From positions 46,668-110,667 of the IMG/VR virus record IMGVR_UViG_3300032893_000002: a stretch of 64,000 bases of DNA; one strand, given 5' to 3'. The translations under genes were made by a program, and so were the position numbers. Every line of letters starts with the position of its first letter. Position 1 is the first letter of the stretch. This DNA comes from a virus. This document shows positions 29,057 through 40,266 of this stretch, piece by piece. Under the pieces are notes generated by a model, which worked only from the letters and a program-made list of their open reading frames with translations, was not told the origin of the DNA and searched no databases.

Positions 29057-29628
29057 TGTTCGCATTCTATACTTATATGTGGTTGCGTGAGAATGGCATA
29101 CCATATTATGTTGGCAAAGGAAAAAGTAATCGCGCATTTGAAGGGCATATCGTAGGTAACCATATTCTTCAAGCTCCCCCAAAAGAGCAAATTATTATAC
29201 AAGAATTTGATTCAGAATATGATGCATTCGTAGCTGAGAAATTTCTTATTCAATATTTTGGACGTAAAGATAAAAAGACTGGATGCTTAAGAAATTTAAC
29301 TGACGGCGGGCAAGGTCAGAGTAATCCATCAGATGAAGTACGTTATAAAATAGGATGTGGAAATAGAGGAAAAAGTTTAACACAAGACAGAATAGCCAAA
29401 CTTATAGCGCCCAGAATAGGGAAAACATTATCCATCGAACATCGCGCACTTCTAAAGCTAAGATGGGCGCAAAGAAAAGCGTGCGCAAGTTATATTCCAA
29501 ATCGTTTAGGGAAAACAATTTCTGCCGAGAGTAAAAGAAAAATCGGAGATGGGCAAAGAAAAGTTGAAAACAAAGGTAGATTTAAGAAAGGTCATATTCC
29601 GCACAATAAAAGAAGGAGTGTTTCGTAA
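29056..29628 (+). CDS. GIY-YIG homing endonuclease
   Basis: YTYMWLRENGIPYYVGKGKSNRAFEGH matches the GIY-YIG motif. C-terminal basic repeats (NUMOD-like). Confidence 0.7.
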   Translation: MFAFYTYMWLRENGIPYYVGKGKSNRAFEGHIVGNHILQAPPKEQIIIQEFDSEYDAFVAEKFLIQYFGRKDKKTGCLRNLTDGGQGQSNPSDEVRYKIGCGNRGKSLTQDRIAKLIAPRIGKTLSIEHRALLKLRWAQRKACASYIPNRLGKTISAESKRKIGDGQRKVENKGRFKKGHIPHNKRRSVS

Positions 29629-30266
29629 TGTCACTATTAGTAATGCCGACATTTGCTCAAATTGGAGTAACATGGCCCATCAAAAAAACGCCCATATTCT
29701 CGACTGTTGTGCAAACGCCCGCAAGCGGTAGAGGCGAATTGCGTATTCCATTAATGTTATTTCCAAGATGGGATTTTGTTTTAAAAACAGAATATATCAA
29801 AGGAGATGCTCAAAGTCCAATCGCTTCTCCCAGCAATTGGCAAATACTTGTAAATTTCTATATGCAGCAACAGGGAGCTGCTTCAGACTGGTTGTTCTTG
29901 GATCCATATGATAATACTGTTTCGAATACTACTCCACAAGTAATTGGAACAGGTGATGGAACTACAACACAGTTTGCGATTTACAGACAGTTGGCCACAG
30001 GGGGAGCATTGGATCTAATTCAGAACTATGTGTCAGCTCCTACGATCTATGTAAATGGCAGCGCAGTTTCTTCTTCTACTTACACGATCAATCAGTTTGG
30101 AGTTATTACGTTCAATTCTGCTCCACCAAATACGCAACCTGTTGCATGGAGCGGACAGTTTTATTATAGATGTAGATTTTTAGAAGATTCTTGGTCGGAT
30201 CTGCAAGAAGATTTTTATCAAATCTGGAGTTTGGACGGCTTGAAATTTAGAAGCGTTTTGTTATAA
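29628..30266 (+). CDS. Minor tail protein (lambda gpM-like)
   Basis: Position after the tape measure protein. Pattern LFPRWDF...WLFLDPYD resembles gpM. Confidence 0.45.
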   Translation: MSLLVMPTFAQIGVTWPIKKTPIFSTVVQTPASGRGELRIPLMLFPRWDFVLKTEYIKGDAQSPIASPSNWQILVNFYMQQQGAASDWLFLDPYDNTVSNTTPQVIGTGDGTTTQFAIYRQLATGGALDLIQNYVSAPTIYVNGSAVSSSTYTINQFGVITFNSAPPNTQPVAWSGQFYYRCRFLEDSWSDLQEDFYQIWSLDGLKFRSVLL

Positions 30267-30275
30267 GGATTACGC

Positions 30276-31349
30276 GTGAAAAATATTTCTTCACAATTAA
30301 TAGATTTTTTCCTGTCTACGGCCTCTTTTCAGATGGCAGATTTAATTACGATCACTTTGATTAATGGCCAAAGTATTTATGCTGTTTACGGCACAAATAT
30401 AGACATTACATACAATAGTACAACGTACTATTCTTCGCAATACGGTGCTTGGGAGCGCGGGGAAATAACAAGTGAATCATCATTTAGACCCGATTCACAG
30501 AAGATGAAGTTAACTGTGCTTGCCGATGGAACCGTATTATATCCCGGGACCAGCACGCCTTTAATGGCTACACTTAATGCCGGACTATTTGATGGCGCAA
30601 CGGTTAGTATTACAACTGTTTACTGGCCGATGCAGACTCTGCCTACTGCTGCAAATATAGTAGGTTCGTTAGTGAATTGGGCAGGACAGATTGGGAATAT
30701 GACACAGACAGGCGGATCAAAAGTTGAGTTTGAATGCTATGATATGCTATTCTTACTAAATCGTACAACGCCTCCAAACTTAATTCAAACTCAATGCCGG
30801 CATACATTATTTAATCCTAACTGCACATTAAACCAGAATAACTTTAAAGCAAATACGACATTGAAAAATACGAGCACAACATTAGAATTTGATTTAAACA
30901 TTTCAAACTGGATTGCTAATCATACATATGGTGCAAACAGTATGGTTATTGATTCGAATGGTAATATTCAGTGGACATTAGCTGGAGGAACTTCTGCTTC
31001 ATCTCATCCAACATGGGCTACAACTCCGCCTGGAGCAACTACAGTAGATAATAGTTCAATTCTATGGGTTTTAGGAGAACCAGATTATTTTACGTTAGGT
31101 AAAGTTCTTGTTACGTCTGGACAAAATACAGGGCTGGAATTTACAATCAAAAACCAGTTTGTATCTGGCGGGACACAAGCACTGACTTTAATGACTCCTG
31201 CGCCGTTTCCTATTGTAGGCGGCGAATCTGTATCAATTTTTGCAGGCTGTAATAAAACAATTGCGCAATGCGGAAGTGTGAAGTTTAACAATTTAATCCA
31301 TTTCGGTGGCATGCCTTTCGTCCCAGATCCCGGAGTTGCGGCTGGATAA
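30276..31349 (+). CDS. Minor tail protein (lambda gpL-like)
   Basis: C-terminal Cys cluster CNKTIAQCGSVKFNNLIHFGG resembles the gpL Fe-S motif CSKCLSGCKFRNNVGNFGG. Confidence 0.55.
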   Translation: MKNISSQLIDFFLSTASFQMADLITITLINGQSIYAVYGTNIDITYNSTTYYSSQYGAWERGEITSESSFRPDSQKMKLTVLADGTVLYPGTSTPLMATLNAGLFDGATVSITTVYWPMQTLPTAANIVGSLVNWAGQIGNMTQTGGSKVEFECYDMLFLLNRTTPPNLIQTQCRHTLFNPNCTLNQNNFKANTTLKNTSTTLEFDLNISNWIANHTYGANSMVIDSNGNIQWTLAGGTSASSHPTWATTPPGATTVDNSSILWVLGEPDYFTLGKVLVTSGQNTGLEFTIKNQFVSGGTQALTLMTPAPFPIVGGESVSIFAGCNKTIAQCGSVKFNNLIHFGGMPFVPDPGVAAG

Positions 31350-31827
31350 AAATATGACTGAAGAAGAGTATCGCAAAGCATTAGTTGAAGAAGCTCTTTC
31401 GTGGGCGAAAACTCCATATCATGATCATTCTGGTATTAAGGGGGTTGGTGTGGATTGTGCTTATATACTCCTACGAATTTTCCAGAATGTAGGACTAGCC
31501 CCAAAGGATTTCAAAGTTCCTCATTACTCGCCACAACAATGGCTTAACTCTCCATGTCAAACAGATAGAAAGAAGTTGAAATTTGAAGATACAACTTTTA
31601 TTGACATTGTGATTGAACTTACAAAGCGTGAGATTCAAGAACCTGAAGTTAAGCCAGGCGATATAGTTATTTATAAAGTTGCAGCATCTTGGACTCACGG
31701 TGGTTTTATTGTTGAATGGCCAAGATATGTGATTCATCCATTAAAGGGGTTAGGCGTAATAGGTTCACACGGAACAAATGAAGGATTTTTAGTAAATCGA
31801 CCACACAGGTTTTTTACTGTCTTTTAA
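31306..31827 (+). CDS. NlpC/P60 (C40) peptidase-domain tail tip protein (lambda gpK-like)
   Basis: Cys and His motifs VGVDCAYIL and ASWTHGGFIV. Position matches gpK. Confidence 0.55.
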   Translation: MACLSSQIPELRLDKNMTEEEYRKALVEEALSWAKTPYHDHSGIKGVGVDCAYILLRIFQNVGLAPKDFKVPHYSPQQWLNSPCQTDRKKLKFEDTTFIDIVIELTKREIQEPEVKPGDIVIYKVAASWTHGGFIVEWPRYVIHPLKGLGVIGSHGTNEGFLVNRPHRFFTVF

Positions 31828-31830
31828 TAT

Positions 31831-34800
31831 ATGTCTTTCGGCGACGGCAATCAATATCCTCCAACTAGGTATAACGGGATTCGTACCAACGAATCTGTCC
31901 GCAACACACCTATTACAATCATGTTTGGCCAGAATCGCCTTTCGTGGAAGATGGTATGGTGCGGTAAAGTAGTAAGCAAACAAGCACAATCCCCCGGCGG
32001 CTCTGGTTTAGGGAAAGGAGGAACTCAGTGGGTATATACAACATCTATCATTGGTGTTGTATGTATGGGCGCAGCAAACGGATTGCTATCTGTTTGGGAT
32101 ACAATTGGCAGATTTGCTACGACATCACAAACGGAGCAATATGTCGTACCTACAGGCGGAGGAACATACTATACCCAAAATAGTGAAACATTCATTTTAG
32201 ATTCGGGCGTTTCATACGCCTCTCCTTATTCCATAACAGTAGATGATTACGGATCTCCAGGCAGTACAACAATTACAGGCGTTGCGCAAGTACCGATGCA
32301 AGCTGTTAATGCTTCTCCAGGTGCAGGACAGTATATTGCTAATGCTGCAGCAGGCTCGTATTTCTTTAGCAGTGACATGGCAGGATCAGCTATTGAGATC
32401 ACATATTATTACTGGCGCTATACGATCATTACTAATGAGCTTGATGTGATTCCGTTAATTAATCCATACCAAATTACAGTTAATAATCAGCCTGAATTTA
32501 TATCGGATGAAGGAGTAACTTATTATCCTTCCGGTGTTGCGCTGTCTCCCGTAAGTGGAACTCCAATCGTAACGGGAACTTATAATCCAAATGGTGGTAA
32601 TTATTTGTTTGCTGCTGCCGATGCAGGACAGGGCGTAAATATTTCCTATACGTTTAAAGATCCGAATTCAGATAATAATGCTCCTTCGCAATTAAATTTG
32701 ACATTCTTTAATGGAGCATTGGGCCAACCTGTTTGGAGTTTTTTACAGAGTGATTATCCAGGAGATGCAATTGGATATAGCCAAGTGTGCTATATCGGAT
32801 CTTCGGCGTTATACTTAGGCTTTACTCCAGCTATTCCACAATATAGCTTTGAAATTGCAGGTCCATACCAATTTGGGGGCGGTATTGTAGATGCTTCTCC
32901 TTCCGATTGCATAGAAGCAATTCTTACAGATCCAGGATATGGGATTGGTTTTCCATCGTCTTATCTACAAGTTGGTTCATACTCAAATGTCTCCCTGCCC
33001 GTAACAAATGGCGATTTTGAATCCGGTAGTGGAAGTTCTACTCCTCCAGGATGGATAAACCAAGGAAGTCCAACAATTGCATATGATACTACTACACAGT
33101 TTGCAGGAACACAATCTGTAGTATTAACGGCGACAAATCATAATATAGGTATTATTGATAACACGACCAGTGGAGCTATTGTTAATGGAGTCTATCCATG
33201 TCAGCCATTAGATCAATTCATTCTAACAGGTGCGCTCAAGCAGAACAGTGGTGGAATGACTCCGATCGTATATGTACAATTTTATGATACTGGAAATTCG
33301 CCATTAGCGCTAACAAATTATATTACGCCGCCAGACTCAGTTGTTTGGACTTTTACTGAAGCATTTTCGTCGCCTTCTGTAATGGCTTACTCAAATGCTG
33401 CAGCGCAAGCAGCAAGCTTTCAAGTATTTACATATTCCGCGACTCAATCAACTAGTGCTAATAATGCGTTCGCAGGTCAGGTATTCTCCTTTACGGGAGG
33501 AGCAGTTCAGAATCAAGGCTCTTTCCTTTGTGCAGCTAGTAATACAACAACAATGACTGTAGTTAACTCTTCGGGTGTAGCATCCGGGCTAGCAGGTAAT
33601 GTTTCACCCTTAACAACAGTTTATACAGGAGCTGTAACTACAGGAGCATATTCAAACTTTTCCAATGTCAAGTTTATTGTTACAGGATTTTCCAATTCAG
33701 GGAATGATGGAACTTTTACATGTTACACATCAAATACTTCCGCATTAACTCTCTATAATGGCAACGGAGTAACAGAAACGCATGCAGGAACTGGAACTGC
33801 TACACAATGGTGGAAAAATTATCCAGGCTATAAATTCCAAGCTCCTCTTGATGCTACAACGTTCAAAATTGGAACGAATTGTATGTATACAAATGGAGGA
33901 GGCGCGTCTACAACGCAGTGGGAAGTAGATAATATCACCTTAACACAGATTGTAACAGTGGATGGTTTACAATCTACAATTAGAGCATACTGGGCGGCAA
34001 ATAATTTCTTTATCAGTCCTATAATCGATAATTCTGTTGCTGTTGGTTCAGTTTTAAATGATTGGCTTGAAGCAGGACAGGTAATGGCGTTTTGGAGTGA
34101 AGCTCAGTTAAAATTTGTTCCGTTGGGGGATACGACTTCTATTGCAAATGGCTACACATTCCAACCGCCAACAAATCCAATCGTATCACTTGACTTCGAT
34201 TGCTTTGTTGTTGATATTGGTTCTCCGGAAGATCCGATTAAAATTACTAGAACTCCTTGGCAGAATAGATATAATCGTACACAATTAGGATGGACTGTTA
34301 GAAGTGATAATTATAATTCTGATGTAATGATAGCGCAAGATGAAGCATCGATTGATAGATATGGATTGACCATTGAGCCATCTCGAACCTGCGCTTTTAT
34401 TACAACAGAAGAAGCCGCGCAGTGGGCAGCGAATCTTCGTGTGCAGCGGAGCGTAGCTGTTGTAAATACTTATACATTTCGACTGCAACACAACTATGAC
34501 TTCCTAGAACCAGGCGATATTGTAGAAGTTACTGATGGTTATGCTTCAGACGGAGAGGGAGGTCCATTAGGTTTATATCTTACACCTGTTAGAATTACGA
34601 AGATTGTTAATGACTTTGAGAAAGGGCTATCAATTGAAGCAGAGAACTTTCCGTGGTCAATTGGAACAGCAGTATTATATGATAAGCAAGGGCAATTACC
34701 GCCAAATACACAAGATGCCTATCATGCTGATCCAGGAAATACTGTACCTGTAATTTTTGAAGCTCCAGGAAGATTAGGATTGTATAATGGCAACAACTTA

Positions 34801-37290
34801 TACATGTTCTGCAATGGGACAAACTCTAACTGGGGTGGCTGTCAGGTTTGGGTATCTTACGACGGTATTAATTACAATCAATTTGGAACAGTTCAAACTC
34901 CTGGAAGACTTGGAGTAACAACTGTAGATTTCCCAGCTCCAAATCCGCCAATTCCGCCGGATGAATTACCGTATTATGATAATACAGATACACTTATTGT
35001 TAACATGCAGCAAAGTGGTGCTATCCTACAACCTGTTTCTAACGTGCAGCAGGCTGCATACATCTCGCTCAGCGGGTTAGTTAGTCCAGGTCAAGAATAT
35101 GCAACTCAAAATGTAGCCGGAGTAGGAATTAATATTGGTTCTGGATACGGAGGAGGTCCCGGGCAAACAGGATTAGTTCAGGTGACTAGTGGTACAAATG
35201 GATCGCCATTTCCAGGCCGACCTTCTGTTCAATGGACCAGCCCAGGCGATGTAACTGGTACTGCAGGATATGCAACTGCAACAGTTAATGTGCCTACTAC
35301 GTCTGGAACCTACTCCTTACTCGCAACATTTGCAGGTAGTTCTTTAAATGTGCCTACGTCTGGAATTCCTGCTATCACAGGTGTTCAGGTACAGCTAACA
35401 TTATATTTGTCGTCAACTAACCCTCCCAATACAGAATTTAGTTTTTATATAACAAGAGGCGGGCAGTTATACGGCATAGCAAAAACATATACTGCCGGGT
35501 TGCCTACCTCACCCACAACAATTTCGTTGGGAGGTCCGAATGATTTATGGGGATTTAGTTCTTTGTCGGCTGACCAAGTAAATGATCCGACATTTGGTAT
35601 AGCGATTTTTGGATTTGATGGTTCGGGACCTTCTACAGCAACGTTTAACGTCCAAAATGTTCAAATAGAAGTAATTTGGGGAGGCGGGGGATCAACAAAT
35701 TCTGCTCCTCAAGCAATTTCATGGAGTAATGCAACAGCAATTACTTCAAACGCCACATTTGCTACGGCAACCCTTACTTCGAGTATCAATACTACAACGT
35801 GGCTTTTAGCATCCGACTTTAATTTCAATTTTCCATTTGGATTTGTTCCATCAGGTATTCAAGTTGATGTATGGGCAAATACAACAGATTCCAGCGGAAC
35901 ACAACAATTAACAGCGCAACTCTGGTTGGAGAATTCCCCAATTGGAGGATTAAAAGCAGTAGCTCCAGTTACTAATTCGGCTGCTGATTATACGTTTGGA
36001 TCTGATGGTGATGTATGGGGAACAGCATTAGATATGCAAAACTTGAATGATCCGTCTTTCGGCGTTGCTTTTCAAATGAACACATCTTTAGGCGGCGCTG
36101 TAACAGAATCAATTAAAGACGCGCAGATAACGATCTACGGCGAATCTGCTGCAAACTTAGAATTAATTGCTTATCAGGATGCTGAATTAACAGGTAATGA
36201 TACGTATACATTACCGCCGCCAATCTTACGGGGGATTTATGGAACCACGCCAATCGATAGTCCAGCAGGAACAACGTTTGCAAGATTAGATCAAGCTTCT
36301 GTAATATACACATATGATCCAACATATAGCGGATCGATTATCTTTGTAAAATTCCTTAGTTTTAATTTATATGGTAATAACTTACAGTCGCTTGCAAGCG
36401 TTTCAGCATATGAAATTGAGTTAACTGGAGTTGGAGCTGGAGCTATTGATACAGAAACAGGTGCCTTACAGACAGGAACAGTACAAAATACAGTTGCAAG
36501 AATGGATGATGCTGTTAATGCGGTACATGGAAGTTACGGCATCACAAATATTCCAGCCGGATACGGTTTAATTGGCCAACTTAATGTTCCGTCAGGTCTG
36601 CCACAGTGGCAACCAGTCTTAACAGGCAGCGTAGGAGCTTCTGTTTGTAATCTTTATGTAATTCCCATTAGCGGTCCTGCAACTGCAAACGTTAATGCAT
36701 GGGATTTATTAGAGTGTACTACAACTAGCGGCGCAATAACAGTTAACTTCCCTTCAGCTTCTGGGAATAAAAGTACTGTTATCGGGATTAAAAAGGCTTC
36801 GTCAGATACAAATACAATCACACTTGTAGGCAATGGTGCTGATACTATTGAAACAACATCTATATCACGTTACCTAGATTGCTTATACTTTGCGTCGGAT
36901 GGAGTTTCGAATTGGTTTATCTTTGGTGGTTATACAGGCGCGCCGAATGATATGTATATTTATATTCCGCCTGCTGCAGGAACGTATTCAGCAAACCAGG
37001 AGTTATATTATTCACAACCCGTTCGAAATATCACATTGCCCCAAAATCTAACTGGGTCGAATACAGGATGCAGAAGTAATCCAACAAGTACAGCTGTTAT
37101 TACGCTAAATAAAAATGGGGCTTCAATTGGGACGATTAGCTTTAATACTTCGGGCGTTCCGACAATTACATTCTCTTCCGCAGTAACATTTAATGGAACA
37201 TCTGATACATTTAGTATCACTGCTCCATCAAGTCCTGATCTGACATTTAAAGGGTTCTGGGTGAATATTTTAGTGGGCCGCGTGATTTAA
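31831..37290 (+). CDS. Central tail fiber / host specificity protein (lambda gpJ-like), 1819 aa
   Basis: Central block KITRTPWQNRYNRTQLGWTV...DEASIDRYGL...FLEPGDIVEVTDGYASDG parallels the gpJ conserved core. S/T/G-rich C-terminal half. Confidence 0.75.
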   Translation: MSFGDGNQYPPTRYNGIRTNESVRNTPITIMFGQNRLSWKMVWCGKVVSKQAQSPGGSGLGKGGTQWVYTTSIIGVVCMGAANGLLSVWDTIGRFATTSQTEQYVVPTGGGTYYTQNSETFILDSGVSYASPYSITVDDYGSPGSTTITGVAQVPMQAVNASPGAGQYIANAAAGSYFFSSDMAGSAIEITYYYWRYTIITNELDVIPLINPYQITVNNQPEFISDEGVTYYPSGVALSPVSGTPIVTGTYNPNGGNYLFAAADAGQGVNISYTFKDPNSDNNAPSQLNLTFFNGALGQPVWSFLQSDYPGDAIGYSQVCYIGSSALYLGFTPAIPQYSFEIAGPYQFGGGIVDASPSDCIEAILTDPGYGIGFPSSYLQVGSYSNVSLPVTNGDFESGSGSSTPPGWINQGSPTIAYDTTTQFAGTQSVVLTATNHNIGIIDNTTSGAIVNGVYPCQPLDQFILTGALKQNSGGMTPIVYVQFYDTGNSPLALTNYITPPDSVVWTFTEAFSSPSVMAYSNAAAQAASFQVFTYSATQSTSANNAFAGQVFSFTGGAVQNQGSFLCAASNTTTMTVVNSSGVASGLAGNVSPLTTVYTGAVTTGAYSNFSNVKFIVTGFSNSGNDGTFTCYTSNTSALTLYNGNGVTETHAGTGTATQWWKNYPGYKFQAPLDATTFKIGTNCMYTNGGGASTTQWEVDNITLTQIVTVDGLQSTIRAYWAANNFFISPIIDNSVAVGSVLNDWLEAGQVMAFWSEAQLKFVPLGDTTSIANGYTFQPPTNPIVSLDFDCFVVDIGSPEDPIKITRTPWQNRYNRTQLGWTVRSDNYNSDVMIAQDEASIDRYGLTIEPSRTCAFITTEEAAQWAANLRVQRSVAVVNTYTFRLQHNYDFLEPGDIVEVTDGYASDGEGGPLGLYLTPVRITKIVNDFEKGLSIEAENFPWSIGTAVLYDKQGQLPPNTQDAYHADPGNTVPVIFEAPGRLGLYNGNNLYMFCNGTNSNWGGCQVWVSYDGINYNQFGTVQTPGRLGVTTVDFPAPNPPIPPDELPYYDNTDTLIVNMQQSGAILQPVSNVQQAAYISLSGLVSPGQEYATQNVAGVGINIGSGYGGGPGQTGLVQVTSGTNGSPFPGRPSVQWTSPGDVTGTAGYATATVNVPTTSGTYSLLATFAGSSLNVPTSGIPAITGVQVQLTLYLSSTNPPNTEFSFYITRGGQLYGIAKTYTAGLPTSPTTISLGGPNDLWGFSSLSADQVNDPTFGIAIFGFDGSGPSTATFNVQNVQIEVIWGGGGSTNSAPQAISWSNATAITSNATFATATLTSSINTTTWLLASDFNFNFPFGFVPSGIQVDVWANTTDSSGTQQLTAQLWLENSPIGGLKAVAPVTNSAADYTFGSDGDVWGTALDMQNLNDPSFGVAFQMNTSLGGAVTESIKDAQITIYGESAANLELIAYQDAELTGNDTYTLPPPILRGIYGTTPIDSPAGTTFARLDQASVIYTYDPTYSGSIIFVKFLSFNLYGNNLQSLASVSAYEIELTGVGAGAIDTETGALQTGTVQNTVARMDDAVNAVHGSYGITNIPAGYGLIGQLNVPSGLPQWQPVLTGSVGASVCNLYVIPISGPATANVNAWDLLECTTTSGAITVNFPSASGNKSTVIGIKKASSDTNTITLVGNGADTIETTSISRYLDCLYFASDGVSNWFIFGGYTGAPNDMYIYIPPAAGTYSANQELYYSQPVRNITLPQNLTGSNTGCRSNPTSTAVITLNKNGASIGTISFNTSGVPTITFSSAVTFNGTSDTFSITAPSSPDLTFKGFWVNILVGRVI

Positions 37291-37291
37291 T

Positions 37292-37648
37292 ATGCGTTTT
37301 CAAGATGAACAATTCTATCCGTCTGCCCTGAAGAAACTGCAATTGCAGATTGCTCGAGATGACCAAGAAGTCATCTTATCGATTAATTCTCCTACATCAA
37401 CCAAAGCTAGAGTTGATCAGGACGTTATTTTAACAATTACTGGCCCGACAACTTCTACAAGCAGAGTTGATCAGGACGTTATTTTAACAATTACTGGCCC
37501 GACAACTTCTACAAGCAGAGTTGATCAGGAAGTTATTCTTTTTATAATGGGCAATACGCCAAAAGTACAAGTTACGCAATCAGCGTATTTAGGCTATAGA
37601 ACAAAGTGGCGAAGTACAATATCAACAGGATGGAGGAAGACATTCTAA
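37292..37648 (+). CDS. Small repeat protein A (KKLQLQ...VDQDVIL repeats)
   Basis: Coupled between the J-like gene and fiber 1. Paralog of 40266..40631. Confidence 0.45.
   Translation: MRFQDEQFYPSALKKLQLQIARDDQEVILSINSPTSTKARVDQDVILTITGPTTSTSRVDQDVILTITGPTTSTSRVDQEVILFIMGNTPKVQVTQSAYLGYRTKWRSTISTGWRKTF
37408..37520 (+). repeat. 54-bp in-frame tandem repeat (~2.6 copies)
   Basis: agagttgatcaggacgttattttaacaattactggcccgacaacttctacaagc repeated, encoding RVDQDVILTITGPTTSTS. Confidence 0.7.
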
Positions 37649-38949
37649 TGGCTGTAAGATTTGCAATGTCTGGCGGGAACTTTATTATAAGTCAGGGAGC
37701 AAGTGTAGCCGGTATATGGGGAACAGTTGGAAGCGGGAATGCTATCAATTCTGCAGCGCCTACAGGCAGAGCTACATCGTATGCTTTCTATAATACAAAT
37801 CCTGGAGCTTTTTCAATTTCTTTACAAACTCCAGTCCTTGGTTCCGGGTACACTACTTTAATTGCAGGCGTTGCATTTTATACAACATCTTTTAGTTCTA
37901 ACACAGCACTTATCCAATTTAAAGATAGCAGTGGTAATATTCAATGCCAACTCCGCATGAATATAACTGGAACGCTATATTTTGCCGATAAAAATGGAAC
38001 ACAGATCGGATCGGGAAGTACTCAAGCTATATTGCTGAATGCTTGGCAATATATCGAGTTTAAAGCGACGTTTAGTAATTCGGGTAGCGGAACATGCGAA
38101 GTTCGTGTTAATGCTGTTACTTGGGTGACGAGTACTGGATTAACGAATGCGCAAAATACAAATGGCGGCGCGATTGTATTATACACATCAGATTTTCATA
38201 CACAATCGTATATGTGTGATTTTTATGCTCTGGATACAGCATCAGGTAGAAACACAAATTATTTAGGTGATGTTACTGTAGGCGAACTTTTTCCAAACGG
38301 AGCAGGCGTTAATTCTCAATGGACTGCAAATGTTGGACCATTCTCATTAACATCTGTTAATAATGCTTCGGGTAGTACTACAGTATATAACGGAACTATT
38401 ACTGGGGGAACATCAAATGCTTATCAGGGATACTACATAGTTATAACAGGTTTCGGGCATAGTGCAGATAATGGAACATTCCTCTGTACAGCATCAAATA
38501 CGACGGCATTAACATTAGCCAATGGTTCTGGTGTATCAGAAACAAATACGGCATCTGCAGCATTCCAAGCAATTGTTCAGCCCGGTATTCATGGCGGCTT
38601 GATAGATAATTCAACAACAAATGTTGGCACGCGACCGAACCAAGATGTAACATATATTTCAGATTCTACATCAGGCGATATATCTGATTATGCGCATCAG
38701 TCACTTTCATTAACAGGAACATTATATGGTATTGTTCATCAAACGTATGCACGTAAAGATGATGCAGGTACGAGGATGATTGCGCAGGTTTGTATTTCCA
38801 CAGGTACGACGGAAGTAAGTTCTAATATATCGCTGAATAACACATATACATATTACCAAGATATATTAGAAAATGATCCTCATACTGGATCAGCATGGAC
38901 TGTTTCAAATTTCAATTCAGCAACGTTTGGCGTTAAGGAGTTGACATAA
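37648..38949 (+). CDS. Tail fiber-like protein, paralog 1
   Basis: Start ATG 37648 with GGAGGAAGA RBS; TAATG coupling. Shares a YQGYYIVITGF...GTFLCTASNTTALTL module with the J-like protein and with 38950..40266. Confidence 0.5.
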   Translation: MAVRFAMSGGNFIISQGASVAGIWGTVGSGNAINSAAPTGRATSYAFYNTNPGAFSISLQTPVLGSGYTTLIAGVAFYTTSFSSNTALIQFKDSSGNIQCQLRMNITGTLYFADKNGTQIGSGSTQAILLNAWQYIEFKATFSNSGSGTCEVRVNAVTWVTSTGLTNAQNTNGGAIVLYTSDFHTQSYMCDFYALDTASGRNTNYLGDVTVGELFPNGAGVNSQWTANVGPFSLTSVNNASGSTTVYNGTITGGTSNAYQGYYIVITGFGHSADNGTFLCTASNTTALTLANGSGVSETNTASAAFQAIVQPGIHGGLIDNSTTNVGTRPNQDVTYISDSTSGDISDYAHQSLSLTGTLYGIVHQTYARKDDAGTRMIAQVCISTGTTEVSSNISLNNTYTYYQDILENDPHTGSAWTVSNFNSATFGVKELT

Positions 38950-40266
38950 ATGAGTATACATTTTATTGAATCTGGAGGGCAGTATCAGTTTAACAGAACA
39001 GCGGCACAAGGTCCCGGTATTTGGAATTCTTCCAGCGGCAGTTTAATTTCAAATGCTTCTGCACGGAATGGGAGCACGTATGCTTATGGCCAGAGTATGA
39101 ACGTCGCCACATTTAACTATGGCGGCGGTACTGGGTATAATGGCATGATCGCAGGGCTTGCATACTTTATCAATTCTTATAGCAATAACCAGAAGATTAT
39201 GGCATTTTTGAATAGCTCTGCCGGAGATCAATGCGATTTAAGAATGAATTCTGTTGGGCAACTCTTTTTTACGCAGAACGGCACAAACTTAGGAGCAGGT
39301 AATCCAACTCTAAGTACAAATCAACTAACGATCGGATCATGGCAGTATATTGAATTCAAAGCTGCATTTAGTACGTCTGGGACAGGAACATGCGAAGTTC
39401 GCGTTAATGGAGTTGTATGGCTAACCCTTACTAGCGTGACAAATGCGGCAACAACAGCTAAAGGCTTTGCAGTAAACTATCTTAATGCTAACGTTAGCGG
39501 AAATGCTGCCATGGATTTCTATCTACTAGATACAGATAATTCACCAAACAATACGTATTTAGGAGATATCACAGTAGCAGAGATTTATCCGAATGGAGCG
39601 GGCGTCCATTCACAATGGTCTGAAGGCACGAACAATGGCGGAACTGCTTCGCCTCCTCCATTTGCTATTTCATCAGCAGCAAACGCGTCGGGCGGAACTC
39701 AAGTTTTAACTAGAACCACAACGGCAACAGGTGAATCCGCTAATGCATATCAAGGATACTATCTTACAACAAGTTCTTTCTCACATGGCGTAAACAATGG
39801 AACGTTTTTATGTACAGCATCGTCAACTACTACAATTACAGTTGCTAATGCAGCAGGTATTTCTGATACAACTGGATCAGTAGATTTTCAAGCAATTGTT
39901 CAGCCCGGTATTCATGGAGGCATAGTTGATAGCTACGCTACAACAAACGTTGGCACTCGTCCTAATGGAACTGCCGCATATATAACGGATTCAACATCGG
40001 GGCATCAGCAAGATTATGCCCACCAAACGTTATCCTCTGTTTCACAGATTTTTGCTGTGGTACATCAGACTTATGCGTCTGGAACAGGCGGTGTGCAAAT
40101 TAATCAGCAATGTTTATCTGGCGGAACGACAGAAACCAGTTCTGCTATTTCACCCGGAGCATCGTTTCAGTATTATCAAGATGTATTAGAAACGGATCCA
40201 AATACATCTGCTCAGTGGACTCTGTCTAACTTCAATAATGCAACATTCGGAGTTAAAACAGTTTAA
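38950..40266 (+). CDS. Tail fiber-like protein, paralog 2
   Basis: Collinear similarity to 37648..38949 at both ends, with a divergent centre. Confidence 0.5.
   Translation: MSIHFIESGGQYQFNRTAAQGPGIWNSSSGSLISNASARNGSTYAYGQSMNVATFNYGGGTGYNGMIAGLAYFINSYSNNQKIMAFLNSSAGDQCDLRMNSVGQLFFTQNGTNLGAGNPTLSTNQLTIGSWQYIEFKAAFSTSGTGTCEVRVNGVVWLTLTSVTNAATTAKGFAVNYLNANVSGNAAMDFYLLDTDNSPNNTYLGDITVAEIYPNGAGVHSQWSEGTNNGGTASPPPFAISSAANASGGTQVLTRTTTATGESANAYQGYYLTTSSFSHGVNNGTFLCTASSTTTITVANAAGISDTTGSVDFQAIVQPGIHGGIVDSYATTNVGTRPNGTAAYITDSTSGHQQDYAHQTLSSVSQIFAVVHQTYASGTGGVQINQQCLSGGTTETSSAISPGASFQYYQDVLETDPNTSAQWTLSNFNNATFGVKTV

Noticed and set aside
20917-29202. Minus-strand ORFs inside the tape measure gene (20917..21237, 21853..22083, 23512..23715, 25586..25846, 26026..26220, 26974..27204, 27952..28140, 28338..28553, 28519..29202)
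   Set aside because: They are fully embedded antisense to a continuous 8.3-kb coding frame with no independent signals.
37408-37520. Tandem 54-bp repeats considered as a CRISPR-like array
   Set aside because: They are in-frame coding repeats with no spacers and no cas genes. It is a protein repeat, not CRISPR.
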